Assembly: GCA_000004695.1 (NCBI GenBank)
Contig: CM000150.2
Location: forward strand, 928,001 to 992,000
Direction: 5' to 3'
DNA length: 64,000 nt
DNA from: Dictyostelium discoideum
Lineage: Eukaryota
In this document: one piece after another, positions 37,758 through 52,295 of the stretch
How the letters are laid out: every line of letters begins with the position of its first letter
How positions within the stretch are numbered: the stretch's first letter is position 1
Notes under the pieces: generated by a model
Database searches by the model: none
What the model saw: only the letters and a program-made list of their open reading frames with translations
Told to the model about the DNA's origin: nothing
Translations under genes and position numbers: made by a program

Positions 37758-39822
37758 ATGCCAGCAATTAAATCAAATAAATCAACAGCTTCTGCTTTAG
37801 AAACTACATCAAAAACCACTACTAAAGTTGTTTCAACTGGTTTACCATTAGTAAATAAAGAAAAAGCAATTGAAGCAATCAATGCTCTCAATAAATATTT
37901 CGAACAAAAACAATTAACAGAACCATTAAATATTTTAGAAGAAAATAAAAAAATCTATATAACTTTTGAAACTGATAAATACTATCATAATAGTTTATTT
38001 AAACCACATCATATGTAAGTTTTTTTTTATTTTTTATTTTTTTTATTTTTTTATTTTTATTTTTTTTTTTTTTAATTACTAATATTAAATATCTTTTTTT
38101 TTTATATATATATAGAGTTGCACCACATAAAATTGGTGAATTATCAGAAAAAAGAACATTAGTTATTATTGAAGGTGGTAAAGTAGATGCAATTAATTTA
38201 AAGACTAAATTAGTAGATTTAGGATATACTGGTGCAGTTGATGTTCTTTCAATGAAAGAATTCAAAAATGAATATGTCACAAAAGAACAAATTATTAAAG
38301 TTAGAAAAACATATGATGAATTTGTTGTAGATAATTTTTATAAACAAAAAATTCAACATAAATTTGGTAAAGAATTTCAAAATTCACCACAGTATGTATA
38401 ATATTTTTAGAAAAATGATCAATTATTATTATTACTATTATTATTATCAATTCTAATAATATATTATTATTATTATTTTTTTTTTTTTTAAAAAATAGAT
38501 CACCAAAACTTTCAATAATTGATCAAAAGAATCCAGTTGAATTAATTGAAACATTAAATAAACTTGATAGAATGGTATTGGTTAGAAGATTTACTGAATT
38601 ATTTTTCACACTTCCAGTTGGTACATCAGATTTACCAGTTGAGCAACTCATTGAAAATGTTGCATTCATTGTAGGTGAAGTTTCTAATAAATTACCTGAA
38701 AAAATTAATTCAATTCAATCACTTTCAATTGCTGGTTCAGATATTAGTTTACCATTTTATGTAAATGTTAAAGTACCATCAAATCTTTTATTCAATTCTA
38801 AAGAAAATAAAGTTGAATTAAATCCATTAGCAATACAACAAGAAAATAATAATAATAATAATAATACATCAGAAGAATCAACAACAAATACTACTACTAA
38901 TACCAAATCAAATAAAAAGAGAACAGAACCAGAATCAGAAGAAAAAGAACAAGAACAACCAATTAAAGAAAAACCAAATAAAAAATCAAAAACAACACCA
39001 GTTAAAGAAGTTAAATCAACACCAGCTGCTGTTGTTGCTAAACCAACTACACCAGTTAAAGAAGTTAAAGAAACACCAATTAAATCAAAAACACCAGTTA
39101 AAGAATCAACCCCAGCTGTCGTTGCTGCTGCTGTTGCCGCTAAACCAACTACACCAGCTAAACAAGTAAAGGAAACACCAATTAAATCAAAGACTCCAGT
39201 TAAAGAATCAACACCACAAGAAACCACCACTCCATCTAAACCAACTAAAACTCCAACCAAAGCAACAACCACCACCGCCGCCCCAAAAGAAGTAGAATCA
39301 ACTCCAGTTAAAGAAGTCAAACAAACTCCAGCCAAACAAGTTAAAGAAACTCCAGTTAAACAAGTTAAAGAGACACCAGTTAAACAAGTTAAAGAAACTC
39401 CAGTTAAACAAGTTAAAGAAACTCCAGTCAAAGAAGTCAAAGAAACCCCAGTTAAACAAGTTAAAGAAACTCCAGTCAAACAGGTTAAAGAAACAGTAAA
39501 AGAAGTTGCCGCTCCAGTTAAAGAAGTTAAAGAAACCCCAGTAAAAGAAGTTGCTGCTCCAGTTGCTAAGAAAGTTACTAAAAAAGCAGCCGCTGCTCCA
39601 GTTGAAGTTGCTCCAGTTGAAGCTGCACCAGTTAAAAAAGTTGTTAAAAAGGCTACTGTTGCTGCTGCTCCAGTTGAAGCTGCTCCAGTTAAAAAAGTTG
39701 TTAAAAAAGCTGCTGCTGCTCCAGTTGAAGAAGCTGCCCCAGTTAAAAAAGTTGTTAAAAAGACTGCCACCACCGCCACTGCTACTGCTTCAAAATTAAA
39801 AAAACCAATTGAAAAGAAATAA
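37758..39822 (+). CDS. Ribosomal L1-domain-containing nucleolar protein (RSL1D1 / yeast Cic1-like) with a Lys/Pro/Val-rich repeat tail. Exons are 37758..38014, 38116..38391 and 38499..39822.
   Basis: It is collinear with human RSL1D1. SMKEFKNEYVTKEQIIKVRKTYDEFVVDNFYKQKIQHKFGKEF matches [85 protein letters not shown] matches [43 protein letters not shown]. The tail has about 10 tandem KEVKETPVKQV units. Introns are GTAAGT..TATAG and GTATGT..AAATAG. Confidence 0.75.
39290..39530. repeat. 27-bp coding tandem minisatellite (actccagttaaacaagttaaagaaac, about 9 units) that encodes the TPVKQVKE(T) repeats.
   Basis: Direct tandem copies at the DNA level with only synonymous or conservative variation. 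Confidence 0.85.
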
Positions 39823-40116
39823 GTTAATAAATATAAATAAATAAATAAAAAAAAATAATAAAAAAAAAAATATAAATAAAAAAAACATTTAAAAATTAAA
39901 ATATTTGTGATCAGTTTCGATTCATTTTCTGATAAACAATTTAAAAAAAGATTTTTCTTTATATATCAATTATTAAATTAATTCGATCTCAAATGAGTAA
40001 TGTTTGATACTTTTAATAAATATTTATTTTAAATTTAATCAGATTATAATATTTTTATTGTTTTTTTTTTTTACACTTTTTTTTCATTTTCCGCCCACCT
40101 AAAATAATTTATTTAT

Positions 40117-40357
40117 TTATTTTTCTAAAAAATTGTCAACATAAATTTTTCTTAAATTAATTGAAAGATCATGAATTGGTAAACCGGTGACATTATAAAA
40201 ATCACCATTAATTGATTTTATAAAAGATGCTGCTGGGGTTTGTTGGATGCCATAAGAGCCCGCTTTATCCCTAGGGTAAAAAAATAAACAAAAAAATAAT
40301 AAATAATAAAAAAATAAAAAAATGTAAAAATAAGAATTAAATAATTATTTCATTAAT

Positions 40358-40397
<40 letters not shown>

Positions 40398-40896
40398 ACA
40401 ATGGTTTGAAATTGTCAACATAATAATTAATTAATTCAGGTGATAATTGATCAAACTCAACATTTGTTAAAGTGTAAAAACTAGAGGATCCTTTAGAATT
40501 TGTATTTTCATTAAAAAATTCAATATGGACAGCTGTGCAAACGGTATGAATTTTACCACTTAATAAAGTTAGCATGGATTTAGCTTCTTCTAATGATTTT
40601 GGTTTTTCGAATATTTTATTATCATATACTACAATACTATCTGACCCAATGATAATATTTGGTTGTTGATTTTGTTCTTTTAATTGTATTCCAGCATGAA
40701 TTGCTTTTAATTTTGCATTCTCTAAACAATAATCATAAACTGATTGAAATTGACTTTTATCTAAATCTTCCTTAAATTTTGATTCAACAATTTCAAATTT
40801 TACACCCAATTTACCAAGGTATTCAATTCTTCTTGGTGATGTTGATGCTAAAATTATCTTTAATTTATTAAGTTTGACCAAAATGTCTAAAATCAT
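40117..40896 (-). CDS. Maf-like nucleotide pyrophosphatase (Maf/Ham1 superfamily, septum-formation protein Maf homologue). Minus-strand exons are 40896..40400 and 40270..40117.
   Basis: Motifs are [57 protein letters not shown] and [21 protein letters not shown]|[36 protein letters not shown]. The intron runs from a GTAAGG donor to a CCTAG acceptor and sits exactly at the conserved EPL-DKAG junction. Confidence 0.85.
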
Positions 40897-41316
40897 TTTT
40901 TTTATTTTTTATTTTTTTCTTTTACACTTTGAAAAAAAAAAAAAAAAAAAATAAAAAGGCTTTTTCAAAAAAAAAAGTTTTTTTCGTGGGATTTCAATTA
41001 ATTTTTTTTTTTTTTAATGTAAAAAATCTTTTTTATTTTTTTTATTTTTATTTTTTTTTTTCCCATATATTTTATCAAAACTCAAACCAAACAAAAATAA
41101 ATTTTAAAATAAAAATAATAATAATAAAAAAATAGTGTGTGAATTATAAAAATAAAACTATTGAAAAAAAACTATTGTTTAAAAAATAGATTAAAAAAAA
41201 AAAAAGAAAAGAAAAGAAAAAAAAATAAAAAATAAAAAATCATTTGATCAATTTGATTTTTTTTTCTTTTTTTTTTTTTTTTATTTTTTTTTTTTTTTTC
41301 TTTTTCGACCAACATT

Positions 41317-41359
<43 letters not shown>

Positions 41360-41999
41360 CTAGTGTATTATTATAATAAAAGATATTTATTTATTTATTT
41401 TTAAACATAACAGTGTATTTATAAATAATTTGTATTCTAGTCTAAATAATATTAATCAATAACAGTATCCCAACACACTAAAATTTCATCGTTAATATTA
41501 ATTTATAATCAACCAACGTCCTCTAATTTTAGAGAATAAATTCGATACTATTTGTACTTTTATATTAAAAAAAAAATAACAATAATAAAAATTAATAAAA
41601 ACAAATAATAGATAAGAATAATAAAAATAATAAAAATAATAAAAATAATAATAAAAAAAACAATAAATACCCCAAAAATAAATTATTATTGTTTATTATA
41701 ATTTAATCGGACACATTTTCATTACATCTCACAAAAAAAATTAAAAATCCACAGTTTTGTGATTAACCCCCTCCCACTCTCACCCTTGCTATATTATCAT
41801 TTCCCACACTCTGTTATCATAAAAAAATTGAGTGGGTGCAGTTAAAAACAACAACAAAAAAAAATAAAATAAAAAAAAAAATAAAATAAAAAATAAAAAA
41901 TAATAATAATAATAGAAAAAATAGAAAAAAGAACTCACTAAGAACTCACTCCATCTTGTTTTTTTTTATTTTTTTTCTTTTTATTTTTTAAATTTATTT

Positions 42000-42036
<37 letters not shown>

Positions 42037-42138
42037 AAAAAAAAAAAAATAAAAACTAAACGGTACCGTTTAAATAATAATAATAATAATAATTTTTATA
42101 TAATTAAAAATAAAACAAATCAAATCAAAACAAATCAA

Positions 42139-42181
<43 letters not shown>

Positions 42182-42208
42182 ATAATAATAATTATAATAA
42201 ATTAAAAT

Positions 42209-43231
42209 ATGGCAAATCAAAACCCAAGACCAATTTTAAAGGGCACAAAATCAAATTTTACATTGGTACATAATATAGGAAATGTATCGGATGAAAAAGT
42301 TAAAGAATATTTAAAAACAGAAATATTAGTCAAAGAATGGATTGAAGAAGTATTACAAATTAAAATTAAAGAGAGTTTATCTGATGCTTTGAAAAATGGT
42401 ATTGTTTTATGTTATTTAGCAAACGCCATTCAAGATAATATTGTACCAACTATCACAGAAAAATCCAGATTAGTAAATATTTCCATTATAAACTTTTTTT
42501 TTTTTTTTTTTTTATTTTTTTATTTTTTTTTTTTAAAAAAAGAAATAATAATAATAACACATATTAATATAAGTTTATTTCTATTTTTATATGTATATAT
42601 ACATATATATATTTTTTTTAAAATTTTATTTTAAAATTTTATTTATTGTATTTTAATTTTTTATTTATTTATTTTTTTTTTTTTAAAAAAAAGGGATTAG
42701 AATTTAAAAAAAATATTGATTTCTTTTTATTAGCATTAAAAGATTTAGGATTTCCAAAACAAAAATTATTTAAATTAAATGATTTATATGAAGGAGAGAG
42801 TATAGTCAGAGTTGTTGAATGTTTATCACAATTATCAAAATTTGCATGCCAACATAAAGGATATCAAATTCCAATGAAATTAACACCAACATCAACACAA
42901 CCAATTAAATTACCAGTGGGTGAACATTTAAATCATTTGAAATTACAATTATCACAAATTAAAGAGTATACCATGGATAAATCAAATTCAAATCAGCCTC
43001 GAATGGGTACAGCAGTCTTGAAGGCTAAAATGGCATTATTAGCTGGTAACTCTATTGATTTTGCTAAATGTGAAAGAGGTTTCATTAAATTTCAAAGTTT
43101 ATGGAGAGGTTTTAGAGTTAGACAATTTGTTAAACATATGAGTAAGTTTTATTTTATATTCTATATTTTATATTTTATATTTTATATTTTATATTTTATA
43201 GTAGTGGTAGTAGTAATGGTAATTAACTAAA

Positions 43232-43297
<66 letters not shown>

Positions 43298-44432
43298 AAT
43301 AGAACGTGAAGTTGCATATAGAGAAAAAGTTATACAAGAAATTTTAAAAACTGAAGAAGATTATGTTAAAAATTTAAATATTTGTATTAAAGGATATATG
43401 GAACCATTGGTTAGTAGAGATGTAATTACAAAGGATCAACAAAAGTTAATATTTTCAGATATTCAAATCATTTATAATTTTGGTAATAAATTTTTGGATC
43501 AATTGAGAAATCGTTGTGGTAATAATTGGAGAGTTTATCAAAAGATTAGTGATTTATTTTTACAGATTTCAGCATTTTTAAAGGTTTATACAAGTTATGT
43601 TCAAAACTATAATACTGCATTGGAGACATTGGAAGAGTTGAAGAAAAAAGATAAACAATTCATTCAGGTTTTAAATGAACAAAAAGAGTCTCAACAAATT
43701 AATGGAAAAGATATAACTTCATTTTTAATTCAACCAGTTCAACGTGTACCACGTTATTATTTACTTTTGACCGATTTGGTGAAACATACTTGGGAAGATC
43801 ATCCAGATTTGAAACCATTGGTTGGTGCCGCTGAAAAGATTAAAGATGTGGCTGCCTTTTTAAATGAACGTAAAAGGGAGGGTGAAAACTTTCAAAAGTT
43901 TACAGAGATTCAATCAATACTCGTTGGTAAAGTACCACAATTATTCACTCCATCACGTCGTTACATAAAACAAATCTCATTCAATCCTACTAAAAAACAT
44001 GAAATTATGGTTTATCTATTTAATGATTTAATTGTTTATGGTAAAGTTATGAAAGGTATTTTTAGTGGTGGTGGCGGTGGTAGTGGTGGTGGTGGCAATA
44101 ATAATAGTAACACTGGTGGTGCTGCAGGTGGTAGTCAATATAGTAATTATAATAATAACAATAATAACAATACCACTATCAATGAAAATAGAAAAGTTAA
44201 ATATCAAGGTATGATAGAGTTGGTAACTTGTGTTGTGGTTGATGATAGTCATCCATCACCATCAAGTCATTTGGATATTCGTTCAAACGATAAGGATAAC
44301 CTCTTATTGTTAACAATTATCTCAAAGAATGAAACTGAAAAAAATAATTTAAAAATTGAAATTAATAAATTAATTAGTAATATTCATGAAAATCAAAGAT
44401 CAAAAGAACAAAAAATAATAGAAAATTCTTCA

Positions 44433-44471
<39 letters not shown>

Positions 44472-45782
44472 GCAGTAGAAAATATACCAGAGCCAACGAT
44501 CGAACAACAATTATCTGAAAGAAAGAAAATTATGAAAAGAGTTGAGTCAAATAGTATTAATTCAACTGCCACCACAACTGCTACTACTACCACCACTACA
44601 ACAAATACAAGTATAAATACAAATACAACATCAACCACACCAATTAACTCACCATCACGTAATAATAGTAGTAATAACATAAACATCGTACCACCAACAT
44701 CTCCAGAGCAACAACAATCAATACCAGTTAGTTCATTTATAAGCTCATTATTTAATAAAAAGAAATCATCATCATCATATAATGCTACTTTATCACCAAA
44801 TAAAGTGGAAAATAATACACCTATATCAGATTCAGAAAGTAGCGGCAATACATCACCTCAATCACCAAGTTCATCACCAACAACAACAACAACAACATAT
44901 GTTGATGAATCTGAAAAATCAAGTCCAAAAACTTCAAGAAAAAAGAAAGCACAATCAATTTCTATGTCACCAACTAATACACCAACAACACCACCACCAC
45001 AATCTGAAGATACCAATAATAGTAATGATAGTAGTAGTAATAATAATAATGCGGAAATACAAGAACCACCAAAAGAAAAAGGTAGACCAAGATCAAAATC
45101 AACCTCACGTTTATCAAGAATAACAGGTGTTTTAACATTAAGAAAAAGAAAAACTCAATTAGTTGATGAATCTCAAATTCCAACTAGTGATGACGAAGGT
45201 CAAACATCTCCAACATCTCCTTCCAAATCTTCGATTGATTTATCACAATCACAACATAATCCAACCCCACATTCTTCATCATCGTCATCATCACAACAAG
45301 ATGATTCTTCTTTGGCATCATCAATTTCACCATTATCAATTTCTACACCAAATCCAATTCCAGTTACAGCCTTAGCCTCTACCACTACTACTACCGCTAC
45401 TACTAATAATAGCACCACCTCAAATACTGCATCACCAAATTCATCAGCAACAACTCATCGTTTATCCTCATCATCAACTAATCTTTCAACAAACAATAAC
45501 GAGTGCGAACCTTCAAATAATAAGGCTGGTTCATCAACTTCAGATTTACAATCACCAACATCATCATCATCATCACCATCATCATCAACAGCAACAACAA
45601 ACAATCTATCATATGAAAAAATAATAGCTCAAAAAAGTTTAGGTGAACTTGACCCTTTAAATCTTGAAACTTATTTATCAAATGCTGATTTTAAAAAACT
45701 TTTTGGAGTTGAACGTTCAGAATTTTTAAAATTCCCAAAATGGAAACAAAACCAAAAAAAGAAAGATCTTAAGCTATTGTAA
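42209..45782 (+). CDS. Rho-family guanine-nucleotide exchange factor with an N-terminal calponin-homology domain, an IQ motif, a DH (RhoGEF) domain, a PH-like region and a Ser/Thr-rich tail. Exons are 42209..42472, 42694..43141 and 43303..45782.
   Basis: The CH domain spans intron 1 (EWIEEVLQIKIK...NGIVLCYLANAIQ | NIDFFLLALKDLGFPKQKLFKLNDLYEGESIVRVVECLSQL). The IQ motif is FIKFQSLWRGFRVRQFVKHM. The DH domain starts after intron 2 (REVAYREKVIQEILKTEEDYVKNLNICIKGYMEPL ... QPVQRVPRYYLLLTDLVKHT). Intron 2 contains (ATT)n. Confidence 0.8.
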
Positions 45783-45834
45783 AAATAAAAATAAAAATAA
45801 AAAAAAAAAAATAATAATAATAAAATTAAGGAAA

Positions 45835-45838
<4 letters not shown>

Positions 45839-45870
<32 letters not shown>
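45839..45870. repeat. (AT)16 dinucleotide repeat in the 3' flank of the RhoGEF gene.
   Basis: Pure alternating AT. Confidence 0.9.
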
Positions 45871-45877
<7 letters not shown>

Positions 45878-46098
45878 CATGATATTATTTGCGCAGTTAT
45901 TTAATATAAAACAAATAAAAAAAAAAAAAATTTATTAAAAAAAAATAATTTGTGTTCTAAAAATATCTTTTTTTTTTTACATTTAACATTGTTAATAATA
46001 AAAATTTTTTAATGTTTTTTTTAATTTTTTTAATTTTTTTTTTTACATTTTTTTTTTTTTTTTTTTAATCATAAAAAAACAAAATTAATAAATTAAGG

Positions 46099-48408
46099 AT
46101 GGAAGAAAATTTAATATCATGGATTTTAAAAGAAGGTGAAGATATTTTTATTAGAGAAAGAATAATAAAATCAATAAAAAAGATATCAGATAGTGGTATA
46201 CATATTACAATTGAATCACTTTTAAAATTTTTAAATAAAAAATCAAAAACCATTTTTTTAAATGAAAAAGAAATTGATTTTAAAGAATCATTAAAATTAG
46301 AAATTGAAAATAATGAATTATTAAGTCAGTTACAATCATTGTTTGAAATGTATGAAAATATAAATACAAATATAATTTGTTGTAATTTTGTTTATAATCG
46401 CACACATTTAATATTTAAAAAACATATTAAACAAGTAAACAATGGTTTCAATTCAAAAAATCGTACCACTGAAAATAGTCAAATGAAAACAGAAATGTTG
46501 GATTCAAAATCCAATATATTAGATTCTTGTTTTCATATTATTGATAACAATAAAAATTTGTTAATTAAAAAAGATACATTATTAAAAAATAATAACAATA
46601 ATAGTGGTAATTTATTTTTAAAAATTTGGAGAAATATAATTATTAGAAATGAAATTTTAAAATATATGAAATTATTTAAAATTCATCAATTTAAAATGAT
46701 ATTTTCATCAATTTCCAAATTGGATGCATACCCTTTTAAAGAATATCTATATAATGTACAATTGGAAATTGGTGGTGGTGAAAGAAATAATGAAGTTTTC
46801 AATTACCAACATGAAACAATGGAAATAAATGATTATTTAGAAAATAATTTACCAGATTCAATATCAGTATTGAATATTATTGATTTAAATAAAGAATTTA
46901 GTAATGGTTATTGTAGATATATCAGACCTTCGTCAATACCTTGTTCTGTAAAAGTATTGAACTTTATAAAACAATCTGACTACTTAAAATCAACAAAATT
47001 TTGTAACTTGATCCAATTTAAAAATAATAAAATCATTGATAATAGTAGTAATAATAATAATAATAATAATAATGTATTTTTAGAGAATGAAAAGAGTGCA
47101 TATGTAATAAGTAATAGTGAACAATTGATACCTTATGGAGTTGATTATGTGAATTATGAATTTAATTTAGAGGAAAGATCATTTAGCTTTATAACATTTA
47201 ATAATTTACCAAACACTGTAAAAACATTAGAAATTAAAAGAAAGTTACCATCGAAATTGTCTTTGGATTTTTATGAAGACTCAATATGTTTATTACCAAA
47301 TACAATTAAGGAATTATCATTTGATTTGGTATCAATTTTAAGACCAAATTTTTTACCAGAATCAATCACTGAATTATATTTAGGTAATGCACATAATGTT
47401 TATACAAATGATGAATGTTTGATTGAAAAAGGTATATTACCACCACAATTGAGAAAACTTAATCTTGGTGGATATTCAAATGAAATTAGAGAGGGTATAT
47501 TACCACCAACACTCACAAGTTTAACATTATGTACTACCTATAAAAAACCAATTAAACCAGGTTGTTTACCACAATCTTTACAATATCTTTCTTTTCAAGG
47601 TGATGTTGTTACTGCTACTAATCAAAAGAGTAGTAAGGATGACGAATTTTCAAATAGCGAATCATCATTTTCAATTTCATCATTATTTTCAATAGTTAAT
47701 AATTTAATATTTAATTATAATTTAAAACTACAATACGAGTTCCTTATTGAAGGTTCAATTCCAATTGGGCTAAAAACATTAAAACTTTCAAGGAATCAAC
47801 CTTATCAAGATATTCTTGTCAAAGGTATACTAACACCATCTCATAGCTCTTTAACAAGTATTTCAATATTTGATTTTAAACCACTCCAACTTCATGGTGA
47901 AAGTGTATCAAGTATGAATCAAAAGAATAAAGAAAAACTTCAAAAATTAAAAACACAATTTTTTATACCATCATCTGTAAAAAAGTTTGTTGGCTCAATT
48001 GATGATTATTGCCATCCAGAAATAATACGATTTTTACCATTTACAAAGGTTAAATTCTTTAGCTTCAATCCACAATTCCAAGAGTTTTCAAAAAGTGTTA
48101 AATCTCTTTATTTTAAATATATTTTAAATTTTAACCCAACAGCATGGCCATCAAACGCAGTTACATCTCTTACTTTAGACGGTCATAATATAGATGGTTT
48201 AGGTTTCTTTCCACAGTTTTTAACATTTTTAGATTTAACAAATGATATCTTTTTCTCAATGAGTAATGTACCACTTGATACCTTTTTTCCCTGTTTGAAA
48301 ACCTTAATATTAAGTAACTTGTTTCATGATGAAATTGATATTGAATCTTCATTTCCAAATCTAATAACCCTTGTTGTTGGAAATGCAACACCCAAATTAG
48401 TTTTACCC

Positions 48409-48445
<37 letters not shown>

Positions 48446-48591
48446 CTAATTTGAAAGAAATTATTGTATTCAACACAAATATCCAATTTATAAATGATAA
48501 TATATTAAAACTTCAACCTTTTATAAAAATTTTTAATCATTCTATAAAAAAAAAGAATTTAAAGAATTTATTTTTATCAAAAATTAAATAA
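46099..48591 (+). CDS. FNIP-repeat-containing protein with an N-terminal F-box-like FLKIWRN motif. Member 1 of a tandem triplet, single exon, 830 aa.
   Basis: Has the N-terminal domain W(I)LKE..D...K.IS(D)SG.HITIESL shared with the two downstream paralogues. Has an LFLKIWRNIIIRNEILKYMKLF F-box-like segment. Has degenerate approx. 22-aa LRR-like FNIP units (...LPPQLRKLNLGGYSNEIREGILPPTLTSLTL...), a poly-T stretch and a C-terminal ...FNTNIQF block. Confidence 0.7.
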
Positions 48592-49520
48592 ATTAATATA
48601 AAAGTAATTATAATTTTCCAAATTTTTTTTTTTTTATTTTTTATTATGGTAAAGTTTTAAAACTCTATTATTTTTTTATTCTCAAAACAACTCACAAAGT
48701 ATCATTAAAAAAAAAAAAAAAAAGATTTTCTAAAAAAAAAAAAAAGATTATAAGATCTTTTAAAATATTTTTATCCTATTTAAAAAATTTCTAAAACAAT
48801 TATGGGTTCAATATTTGGTTTTTTAAAAGGATTTTTTTTTTTAATAAAAAAAAAAAGATTCTAAAAAATTCATATCCTTTGTACTTTTTAAGGAATTTGA
48901 TTATCAAACTGTTTTTTTATTTTTTTTTTTTATAAATTTTTAAGTAATCAATTGATTGGTCAACAAAATTTTTTTATGATAATCATTTTTTAAAAAAAAA
49001 ATCTTTTTTTTTATTTTAATTTTTTTTTAATTTTTTTTTTTTTTTTTTTGACTTTTGATGTCTGGCGATTAAAACTATGGTTTTTTTTAGGTCAGATTTT
49101 TGTCTTTTTTTTTTTTTTTTACGAATTTTTTTTTTCCCCACCAAAAAGATCTTTTTTTAATCTTTTTTTTTATTTTTTTTTTTTATTTTTTTTCCTCTTT
49201 TTTTTTTTTTTTTTATAATTTTTTTTTTTCTTTTTTTAATTTTTTCTTTTTTAATTTTTTTCTTTTCTTTAACATCACCATTGTCCCAGCCTCAATACCT
49301 AAGATTATAATTTATAATTTATATTTTATTTTCATTAAAATTTTCATATTAAAAAAAAAAACAAAAAAAAAAAAAAAAAAAAAAAAAACCAACTCAAATC
49401 AAATCAAATCGAAGAAAAAAATAAAAAAAATAAAAAATAAAATAAAATTAAATAAAATAAAATTAAATAAAATAAAAAAAAAAAAAAAAAAAAAAATAAA
49501 ATAAAACAAATCAAATCAAA

Positions 49521-49680
49521 TAAAATAAAACCAACAAATAAAATAAAATAAAATAAAATAAAATAAAATAAAATAAAATAAAATAAAATAAAATAAAATA
49601 AAAACAAAAACAAAAACAAAGACAAAAACAAAAACAAAAACAAAAACAAAACAAAAACAAAACAAAAACAAAAATAAAAA
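49521..49680. repeat. Compound simple repeat (AAAAT)n followed by (CAAAAA)n in the intergenic spacer.
   Basis: Direct reading of the sequence. ORFs 49404..49827 on the minus strand are artefacts of this repeat. Confidence 0.85.
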
Positions 49681-49721
49681 TAAAAATAAAATTAAATAAA
49701 TAAAATAAAAATAAAATAAAA

Positions 49722-50270
49722 ATGGAAAGAGGTTTGGTTGAATGGTTATTACAAGAAAGGGATAGTGTAGTTTTGGATAATTTAAAAATTTTATCAAATC
49801 ATGGTTTACATATTTCAATTGATTCATTAAGATATAGTAAGTTTTTTTATTTTTTTATTTATTTTATTTTATTTTATTTTTCTATAAAAATATATTAATA
49901 TTATTTTCAAAAAGTTTTATATGGAGATATTGATAAAGAAAAATTATACTATGGGTTATGTGAAGGCCTAATAACACATTTACGTAATTCGTCACTAAAG
50001 GAGCTACTTAAAACTATACGTGATGAAAAATCTGATATAGTATATAATTTTAAACATCCAGCATTAAGTAAAAATGTGGATCCAATTGTAAAAGGTGGTA
50101 CAGCATTACTTCAAGATTTCCCACTTTTAAAAACATTAGATATTATTAGAAATAATAGAATGTTATTAATAAAAAATAGATCTTTAGATTATCAACTAAA
50201 ATATATCCAATCAATTTATAATTATAAATATGGAAATAGAAAAAAATTTAATTTTAATAATAATAATAAT

Positions 50271-50354
<84 letters not shown>

Positions 50355-52295
50355 AATAATAGTATTATTGTTAATATTGATAATAATAATGATAATAATA
50401 ATGAAAAAAATATAAATTTAAATGAAAATGAAAAAGTTGATAATAGTTTATTATTTTTTAAAATTTGGAGAAATATTATTATAAAAAAATGTATAATTTT
50501 AGAACTTGGTAGGATTAATAATCATTATAAAAAGAAATTTACATTTAATTCAATTGAAAAATTTGATGAATATATATTTAAACAGTATGTAACACATTTG
50601 GAATTTATTTTTTCATCCGATGAAAATGAGGATTTAATTGCTGAAGAATTAAATGATTATTTAGAGTATAAATTACCACCAAGTGTTACAATATTAGAGA
50701 TAAATGGTGGATTTAATAAATATATTAGACCATCATCATTACCATCGACAATTTTGAAATTAAATTTTAATAGAGAAAATTTCGAACCTGGTGTTAAAAA
50801 AATAGGTTTAAATGTTCCAGTTGGTTTTGCAAATTTAAATACACTTTTTGATGATTTGAATCCTGTGAAAAAATTAATTTTTCCTGATAATTACAATTCA
50901 AAAATTTATCTAGATTCTATACCAGAGGGGGTGGAAATTGTTGATTACAGATCAATCTTTTTAGCAAGAAGCCCAATTGATATTAAAATGTTTCCAAAAT
51001 CTTTAAAATCGTTATATATTTTTAGACAAATTGATTCCACAGTATTTCCAGAAGAAAAGTCAATTTTACCACCAGTGGAAAAACTTTACATTAGAAACCT
51101 TTCTCTTACGACTGTTGGAATTTTACCAGAAAGTATAACTCACCTTGAAATTGAATGGCCATATTCAACATTCAATATGAATAAAGTTAAGAAATGTTTC
51201 TTTCCACAACAATTGAAAAAATTAAACCTAAGTGGTTATTATAATGAAATTGGTAAAGGTGTTTTACCACCAAATCTCACCCATCTAACAATTTCAGTTA
51301 ACCACATCAAAACCATTGAACCAGGTTGTTTACCAGATTCTTTAAAATATCTATCATTCCAAGGTTACCAAAAAATAAAAGGAAAAGAAATCTCTAAACC
51401 ATTCAAAAGAAGTCAACCAGTTCTAGTTAAAGGTTCACTTCCAACTGGATTAACTACATTAAAATTATCAAAGTATCAACTTCATTTGGATATTTTAGTT
51501 AAAGGTGTAATTACAAAACATCATAAATCCTTAACTAAAATTTCAATTTGTCCAAATTATATATTTGATTATAAAACTGATTATAAAAAACCAATTGAAA
51601 ATTTAGGTGATAGAATTTCACATTTTTTGAGAAAAAAATCAATTCTACTACCATCAGTTAAAAAGTTTACATGTAAAACAGTTTTAAATTATCCTGAAAT
51701 GATTTTAATTTTACCATGTACTCATATTAAGATTTTACCGTCTATTGGCGGTACTGGTTATCAAAATTCTTTAATATCAGATACATTTATAAAATCTTCA
51801 CATTCTAAATGTGTCTATATATCACTACCAGATTCATTCAATGCAAATTTAACTAGTAAATCTTTTCCAGAAACTTTGACTACTTTAAAATTTGAAGGTA
51901 GATATAATACACCATTCCTTCCAAAAGTTTTACCAAATTCTTTAAAAAATTTAATATTTGATTGTGAAAAATCAAATTATAATTATGATCTTTCAAATTG
52001 TTTACCAATTGGTTTGAAATGTTTAGCTTTAAGTCCAAATTATAGTGAACCTTTAAATTTTCAAACACATTTACCAGAATTGGAATTATTGGTAATTGGA
52101 AATTCAAATCCTTCAAATATTATATTAAATGAAAATCAAATGATATCAAAATTAAAACTTATAGTTGTATTTAATTCAAACAATCAATTTTTAAATAATA
52201 ACAACCATTCTGAAATCTTTTATAATCCAATCTTAAAAATTGTTAAACCAACACAACTAAAATCAATTTTAAATGAATTTTCCGATAATAAATAA
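49722..52295 (+). CDS. FNIP-repeat / F-box-like protein, member 2 of the triplet. Exons are 49722..49836 and 49915..52295.
   Basis: Exon 1 is MERGLVEWLLQERDSVVLDNLKILSNHGLHISIDSLRY, followed by a GTAAGT..AAAAAG intron at the same position as in member 3. Then come FFKIWRNIIIKKCIILELGR and FNIP-like units (LPPNLTHLTISVNHIKTIEPGCLPDSLKYLSFQGY). Confidence 0.7.

Noticed and set aside
39290-39530. Regularly spaced 27-bp direct repeats, which could be mistaken for a CRISPR-like array.
   Set aside because: The units are contiguous with no spacers, lie in frame inside a eukaryotic CDS, and encode a Lys-rich peptide repeat.
40117-40410. 13-nt repeat atgttgacaattt present at the 3' ends of both Maf exons, encoding YVDNF twice.
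   Set aside because: It is too short to support an exon-duplication claim. Both copies fit the Maf family alignment at different positions by chance ([11 protein letters not shown] versus [10 protein letters not shown]).
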